A DNA stretch of 64,000 nucleotides, taken from a virus. The stretch lies in the IMG/VR virus record IMGVR_UViG_3300023084_000009, positions 1 to 64,000 of that record, one strand, 5' to 3'. Below are positions 1-9,500 of this stretch, in pieces. Made by a program: the position numbers and the translations under genes. The number at the start of each line of letters is the position of its first letter. The stretch's first letter is position 1. The notes under the pieces are model-generated. The model was not told the origin of the DNA and searched no databases. It saw only the letters and a program-made list of their open reading frames with translations.

Positions 1-34
1 CGATGGATCTGCTGCCTAGTCAACCCCTCACTGA

Positions 35-520
35 TCAGAGAAACTTATCTAAGGATGCTTCGCTGGGATCCGTGTTGGGTGTTGGTGGAGTGTAGTCCTT
101 CGGTTTTGGTATCTTACCTAGACCATGATCCTCTAAACCAACTTCCTCATCAAAAGAATAATCATACTCCAGAGCATCGGCACAAACATAGTGTGGATGA
201 GTTGTATCAACACCAAGATTGGCACACAATTCTTTATGATTATCCTCCATCATCTCTACCGCATATAACATATGATTCAGAATATGTTCTTCGGTATGAT
301 AATTCAGTAGTTTTTTCTTGAGAGCAATCAAAAAGTTTCCACATCCAGCAGAGTTGTCAATAAAAGTACTCTCTGGATCTTGTAGTAATTCAATATCAAT
401 ATCATCTACCATACTCTCAACAAGTTTCATCGGTGTGAATACTTCTTGAGTCTCTTTAATTCTTTCGTCAGATCTATCAATCGTAGATCCAACATTCATA
501 TTATGTTTATTCTTTGCCAT
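35..520 (-). CDS. DNA amino-methyltransferase, SAM-binding half (motifs X-I-II-III)
   Basis: EVFTP (motif X), FIDNSAGCGNFL (motif I), YAVE (II), CADAL (III); no NPPY. Likely start MAKNKHN at 520. Confidence 0.8.
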   Translation of the reverse strand: MAKNKHNMNVGSTIDRSDERIKETQEVFTPMKLVESMVDDIDIELLQDPESTFIDNSAGCGNFLIALKKKLLNYHTEEHILNHMLYAVEMMEDNHKELCANLGVDTTHPHYVCADALEYDYSFDEEVGLEDHGLGKIPKPKDYTPPTPNTDPSEASLDKFL

Positions 521-1094
521 CTCTTTCTTCAATACATTTGATATAGGTTGAAATCAAATCATTCTTTCCAAAATGATATCGACCATTACACTGTGATGCT
601 GCTTCTCTAAACTTATCAGCAAATTCTACCATATTATCCACAACCTTAGGGTCTTTTACCCTAATGAAGTGGTGTCCTTTAGCATAGTGAGTAAAATCCT
701 TTGTTTTGACTCTACCACTGGGTCCACAACCATACTCACCAACAAATACATCTGCCTCATCTCTTCTTTCATAAGGAAGAAACTCAAAATCTGGATGTTC
801 CCTCATCATAGGAATCTCGCCAACTCCTGCTGCGAATCTCGATGTATTTTTGACTCTCCAATATTGTTTTACAGCACTAATACCACCAGGGAAAGTAGAA
901 GGATCGAGATCTTCATCAAGATCACAATGAAGATGTCCTACGATCTTATTCAGTGAAGAAGGTTTTCGTACTGAAGTAGGAAGAACAGCACGAATGTCAT
1001 CAGTGTGCTCTGATAACTTATTGAGAAACTTAATGGCGAGATTTCCACCCACCCCGTAAGGTGGATTGATAATTGCTAATGTAAATTTTTTCAT
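507..1094 (-). CDS. DNA amino-methyltransferase, catalytic half (motif IV NPPY plus putative target-recognition region)
   Basis: Begins MKKFTLAIINPPYG; ATG at 1094 overlaps the upstream stop (ATGA); no motif I. Confidence 0.75.
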   Translation of the reverse strand: MKKFTLAIINPPYGVGGNLAIKFLNKLSEHTDDIRAVLPTSVRKPSSLNKIVGHLHCDLDEDLDPSTFPGGISAVKQYWRVKNTSRFAAGVGEIPMMREHPDFEFLPYERRDEADVFVGEYGCGPSGRVKTKDFTHYAKGHHFIRVKDPKVVDNMVEFADKFREAASQCNGRYHFGKNDLISTYIKCIEERDGKE

Positions 1095-1630
1095 GATTGC
1101 CAATCCCAACCCTTAGAAATAAAGAATGTAAAGGTCATTCTACCATCTTTCATTGTATCACCAAAAAGATTTGTTGGGGCATGTATTGATGTACCAGGAT
1201 AACAAACTAATCTATTATAGACGTTTTCGACTTGTATTATTTTATTATTTTCACCATCTAAAATAGAAGTTCCTGTGCCCTTTGGTGGATTGGGGTACAA
1301 ATACAAGACTCCAGCATATTCTGTTTGATCAAAATGATATTTTTTATCCTCAAAATTTTTTAAAGTTTCTCTAGTCTTTGAGAGAGATATGTGAAAATGT
1401 GAAGTTATAGTGTAACCCTTAATACCAAAAAACTCATAGACTTCTTCTAAAATTTTATTACTACAAGAATCAATAAATTCATCATTTTCTAATTCTAACT
1501 CTAGAGTTCTATATCCTCTCCAACCAACATCGACAGAAAAATCTTCACTGTAATGGTATTTGGATTGCAGTCCTCTATCTCTAAGATGATCGATATCATC
1601 TAGAAAATTATCCTTTACTAAAAGCTTCAT
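1091..1630 (-). CDS. 2OG-Fe(II) oxygenase superfamily (DUF6445-like)
   Basis: DNFLDD start, HFD...YAGVLYL...GTGT...YNRLVCYPG..IHAP...RMTFTFF. Confidence 0.75.
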   Translation of the reverse strand: MKLLVKDNFLDDIDHLRDRGLQSKYHYSEDFSVDVGWRGYRTLELELENDEFIDSCSNKILEEVYEFFGIKGYTITSHFHISLSKTRETLKNFEDKKYHFDQTEYAGVLYLYPNPPKGTGTSILDGENNKIIQVENVYNRLVCYPGTSIHAPTNLFGDTMKDGRMTFTFFISKGWDWQS

Positions 1631-1663
1631 TATATTATTATCTTTAACCCTAACAAAGGTATT

Positions 1664-1945
1664 CTACTCATCTTCTTTACTGTTGTCAACCCCCCATTTC
1701 CCTATCGGACAAGACTCTGTATTCATTCTTGCTTTGATAGGAATGGAACATCCACACAATTTGCATCTTTTTTGAACTTTATCAACATGATCACAAGATT
1801 TACACAATCTTATGCGTGATTCATATTCTTTTGGTGTGACCATTAAACTTTTTTCTTCATCATCAATTAGATAAAAATCAATCATTCTTCCGAATGATGT
1901 CAATAAATTTCTTAGTTGTTCTTTGTAGGATGGATATTCTGACAT
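1664..1945 (-). CDS. Small six-Cys protein (DUF6171-like)
   Basis: RIRLCKSC...RCKLCGC...SCPIGKW. Confidence 0.75.
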   Translation of the reverse strand: MSEYPSYKEQLRNLLTSFGRMIDFYLIDDEEKSLMVTPKEYESRIRLCKSCDHVDKVQKRCKLCGCSIPIKARMNTESCPIGKWGVDNSKEDE

Positions 1946-1973
1946 AACGATTTTATAATAATTAATTTATATA

Positions 1974-3167
1974 TCAAATTGGGTTTGATGCTCCTTTAAC
2001 AGTTGTGCTATTAACTGTTCCCGTAACTGTATAATTTGATCCATAGATAGCAGCACCAGTGACACCACCATCTCCAGTATTGTTTGTATCACCACCAGGC
2101 TTACCCCATTCTCCACCACTTCCACCAGTTTCTCCAGTAATACCAGTTCCTGGTGTGCTTGTTGTTCCAGTATAACCACTACAAGATCCTGCTGTACCAC
2201 CAGCACCATCAGCACCCTTTAGTGAGATATCATTTCCATCTACATCATATGTTGGCATATTGTCATATCCTCTCCCTGTTCCACCATTACCTCCAGCGCC
2301 TCCTGGACCTCCAGCAACGGCGTAATTAACTTGTTGCCTGCACTCGGCAGGTGATTTATTTTTATGTCGACATCCATACCATAACCACCATCCCGCACAA
2401 TCACAATCAGTAGTATCATTACATCCACCATATCTGTCCCATCCAGATCCACAATCGCCACATTTATTACATCCACTTGGTACGGTATTATAACTATAAT
2501 TCCAACAAGTTCCGGTAGTGCCTTGACCACCCGTAGCTCCTTTTTCTCCACCTCCACCACCAGCATATATGTTAGCAGTGCTTCTTACATTCACTGTGAC
2601 ATTATTTGCCGTGGTTGGATTTACTAATAATGCAGATCCACCAGTACTACCACTAATTGTTGAGGCATCACCACCAGTTCCTCCCGCACCTTGAATTGAA
2701 CCAAAAACATCTATAGTAAAGTTGTAAGCCTCTGGTTCATCAAAAGTTGCTGCATATGCTGTATTATCTGTTGATCCTACCAGACCATCAACAAACAAAA
2801 TCTTATGAATATTTTTGGGAATATTTGAGTTCCATTCGAATGCTCCTAGATCCACTCCCGTATTGGTTCCAGTGAGAGTGTAATAGTAATATTTGATAGA
2901 ATTTCTAAACTGAGAAGTCTTCCAATTTAGTTCTGTATCTACAATTCCAGCGTTTTCATTCTCTGTGCAGTCTGGTACTATTGGATTGGTATCTATTACC
3001 GATGTATTTCTAATTAACTCTGATGCACTTATTGGTTTAAAATCATCAGGTTTTATCTCACTAACACTAGAACTGTCCTTCCTTTGTTGAGCACGAAAGT
3101 TAGAACGTAAAGAACTAAATTTTATTTCACCAGAAGAATAATATGGACCTGCCTTTGAGACCGTCAT
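1974..3167 (-). CDS. Glycine-rich tail-tip adhesin (T-even gp38-like) with Cys/Trp-rich insert
   Basis: GSIQGAGGTGG, IYAGGGGG and GGEWGKPG polyglycine motifs flanking a 9-Cys loop. Confidence 0.6.
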   Translation of the reverse strand: MTVSKAGPYYSSGEIKFSSLRSNFRAQQRKDSSSVSEIKPDDFKPISASELIRNTSVIDTNPIVPDCTENENAGIVDTELNWKTSQFRNSIKYYYYTLTGTNTGVDLGAFEWNSNIPKNIHKILFVDGLVGSTDNTAYAATFDEPEAYNFTIDVFGSIQGAGGTGGDASTISGSTGGSALLVNPTTANNVTVNVRSTANIYAGGGGGEKGATGGQGTTGTCWNYSYNTVPSGCNKCGDCGSGWDRYGGCNDTTDCDCAGWWLWYGCRHKNKSPAECRQQVNYAVAGGPGGAGGNGGTGRGYDNMPTYDVDGNDISLKGADGAGGTAGSCSGYTGTTSTPGTGITGETGGSGGEWGKPGGDTNNTGDGGVTGAAIYGSNYTVTGTVNSTTVKGASNPI

Positions 3168-3184
3168 TAATTTAGATTTTTTCT

Positions 3185-4648
3185 TTATTTATTAGAAATG
3201 ATCGATTCTAGAACCTTTTTATGTGATATTCTTCTAATTCTTCTCTTTTCATTTTCCAGATATTCATGTGTTGCCTTTGCCTGCATGTAAATTTCTTTAC
3301 CATCGATTTTTGCATCAAGAAACTCTTTGATAGACTCTTTATTAAACATTTCTAAACCGTTTGATACTTGTACAAAACTGTCTAATCCCCAGAAAGTTTT
3401 TTCTTTATAACAAGTTCTTGCATCAAGGAATTCTTCTCTGCATTTTTGTTCGAACGATTTTGTCCATTCAGTTTTATTTTCAGTCATATATCTCCAAAAC
3501 TCAGAATCTGTTCTATTGGTGCAATAATGGAGACAGATGAAATCAACAATATCTCTGTATAAAGTTCTATTACTCTTGTTTATAATTACTCTGTTATATG
3601 ATAAATTTTTTAATGTAGAATTTATTGTCATAAATTCTTGAATTTGTTGTATAATTATCTGAATGCCAGTTGCTTCTAGTGGTTCAATAAATCCGCTAGA
3701 CAATCCAACTGCCATACAATTACCAATATAGTAATTGTCATAGTATCCAGGTTTATACTTAATAACTCGATCTGTTTCTAGATTTACGTTAAAGTTTTTA
3801 AGTAACCACTCATTATATTTTTCTCTCGCTTCATCATCAGAAGTAAATTTTGAGGAGTACAAATATCCAGTTCCATATCTCTGACCTATTGGTATCTGCC
3901 ATATCCACCCATTTTCTGTTGCCTCACAGCAAGTATATGATGGAATATCTCTAAAATTATATGGAACTTGTTGTGGTATTGCTCTATCAATTGGTAAAGC
4001 ATCTGAGACATCTATCCACTCTGGATTTAGATGCTTGAAAAGAACAGTATTAAATCCAGATGCATCAACAAACAAATCTGCCTCTATTTTCTTTCCAGAT
4101 CTTAAGGTTAAACTTTTAATTTCTTTTCCATCACTATCAACCACTTCTACTACATCATCTATAAAATTGATAACATTTTGATATCCATTAATCATAAACT
4201 CAGAAAAAGCCTGAGTATCTACATGAAAGGCATATGCATAGTCATCAAATGGTTTGTTTGGAATATTTGTGGATGGATGATTATGAAGCATTCCACCATT
4301 GAATTTATTATTTGGTAATGAATAAATTGCACTAGTATTTGTATCTACATCAGAATTAACTTCAGCAAATCCATGAAAATAATCTTTCCCTGGTATCCAA
4401 TTTTTAAAATGAATACCAAGTTTTAACGTTGCTTTTCCGCCCAAATGTTTTAAAAATTCTTGAGTCGATATACCCATGTGAGCGAGAAGTAATCTGAAAA
4501 TAGGTGTTGTACTTTCTCCTACGGCAATATTTTTCTTACTAGCATCATATATGATTGAAATATCGACTAGATCTTTCCAATAATTTTTCATCATTGCAGC
4601 AGTTATCAATCCAGCAGTACCGGAACCAACGATTACAATTTTTTTCAT
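3185..4648 (-). CDS. Flavin-dependent (tryptophan halogenase family) halogenase
   Basis: GSGTAG FAD motif, GESTTP, ATLKLGIHFKNW (catalytic Lys position), GWIWQIP, GFIEPLEATG. Confidence 0.9.
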   Translation of the reverse strand: MKKIVIVGSGTAGLITAAMMKNYWKDLVDISIIYDASKKNIAVGESTTPIFRLLLAHMGISTQEFLKHLGGKATLKLGIHFKNWIPGKDYFHGFAEVNSDVDTNTSAIYSLPNNKFNGGMLHNHPSTNIPNKPFDDYAYAFHVDTQAFSEFMINGYQNVINFIDDVVEVVDSDGKEIKSLTLRSGKKIEADLFVDASGFNTVLFKHLNPEWIDVSDALPIDRAIPQQVPYNFRDIPSYTCCEATENGWIWQIPIGQRYGTGYLYSSKFTSDDEAREKYNEWLLKNFNVNLETDRVIKYKPGYYDNYYIGNCMAVGLSSGFIEPLEATGIQIIIQQIQEFMTINSTLKNLSYNRVIINKSNRTLYRDIVDFICLHYCTNRTDSEFWRYMTENKTEWTKSFEQKCREEFLDARTCYKEKTFWGLDSFVQVSNGLEMFNKESIKEFLDAKIDGKEIYMQAKATHEYLENEKRRIRRISHKKVLESIISNK

Positions 4649-4673
4649 GTTTTAGTGTGAATTATATTACTAT

Positions 4674-6533
4674 TTAAACACCGTGGAAATCAGTCCAACC
4701 AACCCCAGTGTATCCTTGGAATCTGCCAACAGAAGTGTTGTAGATAATGGCACCTTCATACGGAGTCAAAGAAGTTTTTTGTGCATTATTAATTCTTGGT
4801 ATAATTATCATTGGTTGAGTCGCTGATACGCCTCTAGTATTAACTAGACTTAAATCAATAACTGCTCTTGGAGAATAAGTACCAAATCCAATTGATGAAC
4901 TATCATCTAAACTTAGATTTAAAGAAGAACCAAATAAACTTAATTTAGTATCATGAATTTGAATGTTTCCTGTATTATAATATTGATCATCACTATACAA
5001 TGAAGTTGTTCCAATACCAATCTGTTCAAACTCAGCAAATCCTCTAACTTCAAAACTATTTGTTGGATTGGTTGTACCTATTCCAACACCAGAGAAAGTC
5101 CCTGTGGCAATTGAACAATCCAAATAATTATTAATTTGAGCATTAGTTGTATTAACTTGGAAGAAAGTTCCTATACCAAGAGGAGAGTCAACATTAACTG
5201 ATTGGAAAGTATCTGGTAAATCTAATGTTCCAAAAATAGATCCACCAACATACAAATTTTGACCAATAAATGCGTTTTCGGTAACAGTTGAAGTTCCTAC
5301 AACATGTAAGGTCTCATCTGGATTTGGATTACCAATACCCAGTTTGCCATCATAAGTAAGAGACATTAAATCATTATTTGTTTGACCATAAAGCCATTCA
5401 AATCTTCCAGTATTAATACCAGCGGCACCACCATGAAGATACATGTTGATGTTTCCTGTATCCTTATTGATAATATCTAATGTTTTATCGGTGTTACCAA
5501 ATCTTAAAACACCGATACTATTGCCTACACCAGTTTGTTGTCCAATATTTAATTTAGATTCTCCAGTCTCAGAAACAATATCTAAAGAAGAACCAGATGA
5601 TTTTCTAATTTGAATTTCTGCAGATGGAAGTGCTGTTCCAATTCCAAGTCTTCCGCCTTCAAGTGATGCTAATGCTGTTCCACCAGTACCAACATGTAAA
5701 AGTTTTGCAATTGTTGTGATACCTGGTCCAGTAGCAGAAACTTCTAGACTATCAGTAACTATTTTTGTTGTTGTAACAATACCAACATTCAGATTTGGAG
5801 TTCCAGAAAGACCCTCTGCCGTTGATGCAGTACCAACCAAACCACCAAGGGCAGTGATTGGGTTAGTAACGGTTAAGGAATCAAATAATGCTGTTGAGAA
5901 CGTTACTATACCTGTTGGTTTATTGATATTAGAAGGAAGTCTATCATTATCCAGAGTTCCTGTAGCAATAGCATCAGCAGCATTTAATCCAGTTACACCA
6001 ATACCCCATCCATACATTTTGGTGATGGTTGCAATACCTGAAACAATTACATCACCAGATGAATTGATTCCAACACCGCGAGTGAAGTCTGCTACGTTGT
6101 TATTTCCACCAACTTGGAAAGTAAATCTTGGATCTACTGTACCTACTCCAACATTTCCAGCGGCGTATATACTTGTATATCCCAGTCCTGCATCAATATC
6201 TACCCATTGAGATGTAGGCATTCCCTGCAAATATCTTGCATCACCATAGTAAGTGACTATGCCACTTTTTGCGGTGATAATACCAGAGTAAAAAGAAGTA
6301 ATACCAACTTCTAATCCCCTCTGTACAGTCCCAAAACCAATGAAGGCATCTTGAACTGTGGCAAGTCCAACAACGTTCAGGCAGGTGCTAGTATCTGTAG
6401 TACCTCTTATGTCCAGGAAGGCAGTTGGAATTGAGGTTCCAATTCCAACCAGACCAGTTGAACTTACTACAAAATTATCTTCATCAACCTGAACCCCATT
6501 ACGAAAATTAAACGACTTCCTAAAATTTGCCAT
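4674..6533 (-). CDS. Virion structural / tail-fibre-like protein
   Basis: Repeated GxVGIGTxxP motifs; late promoter ATAAATA at 6551-6557. Confidence 0.7.
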   Translation of the reverse strand: MANFRKSFNFRNGVQVDEDNFVVSSTGLVGIGTSIPTAFLDIRGTTDTSTCLNVVGLATVQDAFIGFGTVQRGLEVGITSFYSGIITAKSGIVTYYGDARYLQGMPTSQWVDIDAGLGYTSIYAAGNVGVGTVDPRFTFQVGGNNNVADFTRGVGINSSGDVIVSGIATITKMYGWGIGVTGLNAADAIATGTLDNDRLPSNINKPTGIVTFSTALFDSLTVTNPITALGGLVGTASTAEGLSGTPNLNVGIVTTTKIVTDSLEVSATGPGITTIAKLLHVGTGGTALASLEGGRLGIGTALPSAEIQIRKSSGSSLDIVSETGESKLNIGQQTGVGNSIGVLRFGNTDKTLDIINKDTGNINMYLHGGAAGINTGRFEWLYGQTNNDLMSLTYDGKLGIGNPNPDETLHVVGTSTVTENAFIGQNLYVGGSIFGTLDLPDTFQSVNVDSPLGIGTFFQVNTTNAQINNYLDCSIATGTFSGVGIGTTNPTNSFEVRGFAEFEQIGIGTTSLYSDDQYYNTGNIQIHDTKLSLFGSSLNLSLDDSSSIGFGTYSPRAVIDLSLVNTRGVSATQPMIIIPRINNAQKTSLTPYEGAIIYNTSVGRFQGYTGVGWTDFHGV

Positions 6534-6556
6534 CTTATATGGTTTTTAGTTATTTA

Positions 6557-9500
6557 TTAGTGGTTACCCTCAAGCTTTTCTACCTTGGCAGATAGTTCTT
6601 TAATTGCTTCAACCAGAAGTGGTACAATCTTCTGATAATCGACTGCAAGATAACCATTATCTCTTTCAGTAACTGCTTCAGGAAGAACAGCAAGAACTTC
6701 TTGTGCAATCACACCAACATCATGTCCTTCTTTGTTTGATTTTTCATTCCAATCATATGTGTTACCACTGATTGAAAGAACCTTAGCAAGAGGATCATCG
6801 ATTGGAGTAATGTTATCCTTGAGTCTAGAGTCTGAACTATAGAATGCAGTGATATCATCAGTTACACTCAGAATACCAGTGATAACTGTGTTGCCAGAAA
6901 TACTAGTTGCAGCACTAACATGGACTGTTCCATCATTAGAAGTGATTGTAAGAATACCAACCGAAGTGTCAATAGTATTATCACCAAGAATTCCAATTCT
7001 TACATTATCAATGGTTGCTCCATTATTAGCATCTAAAGTATTTGTGAATGTTGAAAGACCAGTAACATTAATATTTCTTCCAATATTAACATCTTTTTCA
7101 ATTCCAACTCCACCATTAACAACCAGTGCTCCAGTATCTTTATCAAAGGATTCTGTTGTATTGGTAACTTCAATGTGACCCGTAACTTTTACGTTATCGT
7201 TTATATTGACATATTCATTAAATTTGGTTTCACCATTGAATGTAACAGGTCCATCAAACTGTGAAAGAACCGTGCCAGAATTGCCACCTTCAACTTTGAG
7301 TCTTTCTTTAATAACAACTTCATCAAATACTGCACTTAAGATACTTGATTCTTGACCAGTTGTTGTTGGGATTGGAGCATCAAATGTTCTTTCTTGACCA
7401 GTTGCAGAACTAACTCTCTTGTTACCAATGTAGAAGTCACCATCATTGTTCATTCCAGTATAAACAATGATTCCACCTGCTTTTTCTTGAGCTTGAGCAA
7501 GGAATATTTCTCTTTCGTTTAGAGATTTAACTTGAACTTGTGGTAAACCTGTTGAGTAGTTGCCAGGTCCGAATCCAAGATATTCAAATGTATGACCAGA
7601 TGCACGGGCAATAGCAGGTCTTCTAACTTCACTTGGAATTGGTTTAATCTTTTTGATTAAAGATTCTGCTTTGTGCTCACTAATAACAGTGCCCAGTTGT
7701 CCGCGTAGGACGCTAATTTCATTAGTGAGAGAACCACTCAGAGTGCTGCTGGTGATTTTCATGATCTCTTCACCAACTTGAATAAATGATCCAAGTGGGA
7801 ATCTTGCAACAGTTCCAATACCAGAATTTGGCAGAGAAACTTGAAGAGTGGAAGAACCTGTAGTAATATCTCCTAGCAGAGTGAGATGATCATTACCATA
7901 GAGAGTGATGCTTCTAGTTCCAAGGTTTTCATTGGTTGAATCGGAGATAGCATCGTTAGCAGAAATACCATGTCTTAAGACATGTGTTGGAGTTCCAACT
8001 GTTGCTGATGTATGAATAGTAAAGGTGCTTACACCAACTCTCTCTTTAACTAAGTAATCCCCTAGATTATTTGAGTTGGCATCTACAAATCTAAATCTGT
8101 TTCCAGCAAACAATCCATGAGCAGTAGAGCATGTGACCGTTGATATACCAGTTACAGAATCATATGCTGTTATTGCGGAAATATTAATGGAAGGTCCAAG
8201 AGGCAATACATAAGATCCTTGAATAATTACAGGATCACCGCCAGTATGTGCTACTGCAATCTGATTCTTGGCAGGAACAGAAGTGATTCTATAATGTCCA
8301 TCAGATGTTGTTCCAATACCAGTTATTTGAATAACATCACCAACATTTGTAGAAATTCCACTTGTTGCTACTGTAATATTGGCACTTGCAGATCCACCAA
8401 TAGTGTTGCTATCAAAGTATAGTGTATCACCATTATCATATCCAGAACCAGAATTAATTATTCTTACGTCTTCTACTTGTTGAGATCCATTAACTATAAC
8501 CTTTGCAGTTGCTCCATTCCATGTGGAAAGAGTGACTTCATTGTAAAGTTTTACATTATAATAAGTTCCAGTGCTATGACCACTACCACCATTAAGTGTT
8601 TGATATGTTGAAATTCCGGAGAATCCATGCTCCCTATCAAAGGTGATGGTAGAAATGCCTGATGAAGTCGTGACCCCAGTAATTGTTAGACCTTTGTGGA
8701 AAGATTTTAATGTAAGATCTACACTTTCTCTAGTAATACTTCTCTTGAGATCATTAGTGATAACTTCTCCAACTGGTGATCTCTTAGCATAAGAAACCGC
8801 AGACTGTGGGGAATCATTTTCATTATCCTTATCTAACTGTGGATAAAGATCCTCAATTTGTTGGCTGTACTGATATGATGTAAATTCTGTTTGTGGTGAG
8901 TTGTTAGCGTTAGTAACATATAGATGATATACACCATCTTGTACTTGATAAATGTAAGGAGTGATAGTTTCTTTTCTGTAAATATACAGATTTTTCTTAA
9001 GATCATTCCTTTCAAATCTTGGTAATGCTGTTGATCTTACATGAGTATTGTTGTCAAATGTTCCCAGATCATGAACATCTCCAAATACATCTGTTGTTTC
9101 ATATGTGAATGTATTTGCATTTGGAATGGTTGTAACTTCAAATGTTCCATTAAATCCAACATTATCTGAACCAGTTGAATTAGTGCTACTAGTTACATTC
9201 TTAATAATGACACGATCGCCAATATCAAGACCGTGTGGTAGATCCGCAATTACAGTTACTTGTGTTGAGAAAACTGTACAAGTAGAAATAAATCTTGAGT
9301 TTCTATTATAATCAAAATCTTCAGAAGTGATTGATGTTAGACTAAAGTCAGAATTACTTCTTGCTCCAGTTGTGGATGTTTCTTGAATAATAAATCCTTC
9401 TCCAGGATCTTTTGCGTTAGGAACATCCTGAGGAATTACATATCTAACTTTGAAGATTTTTTCATCCAAACTTCTTGGATCTTCTGTTCTTAAAATGTAA

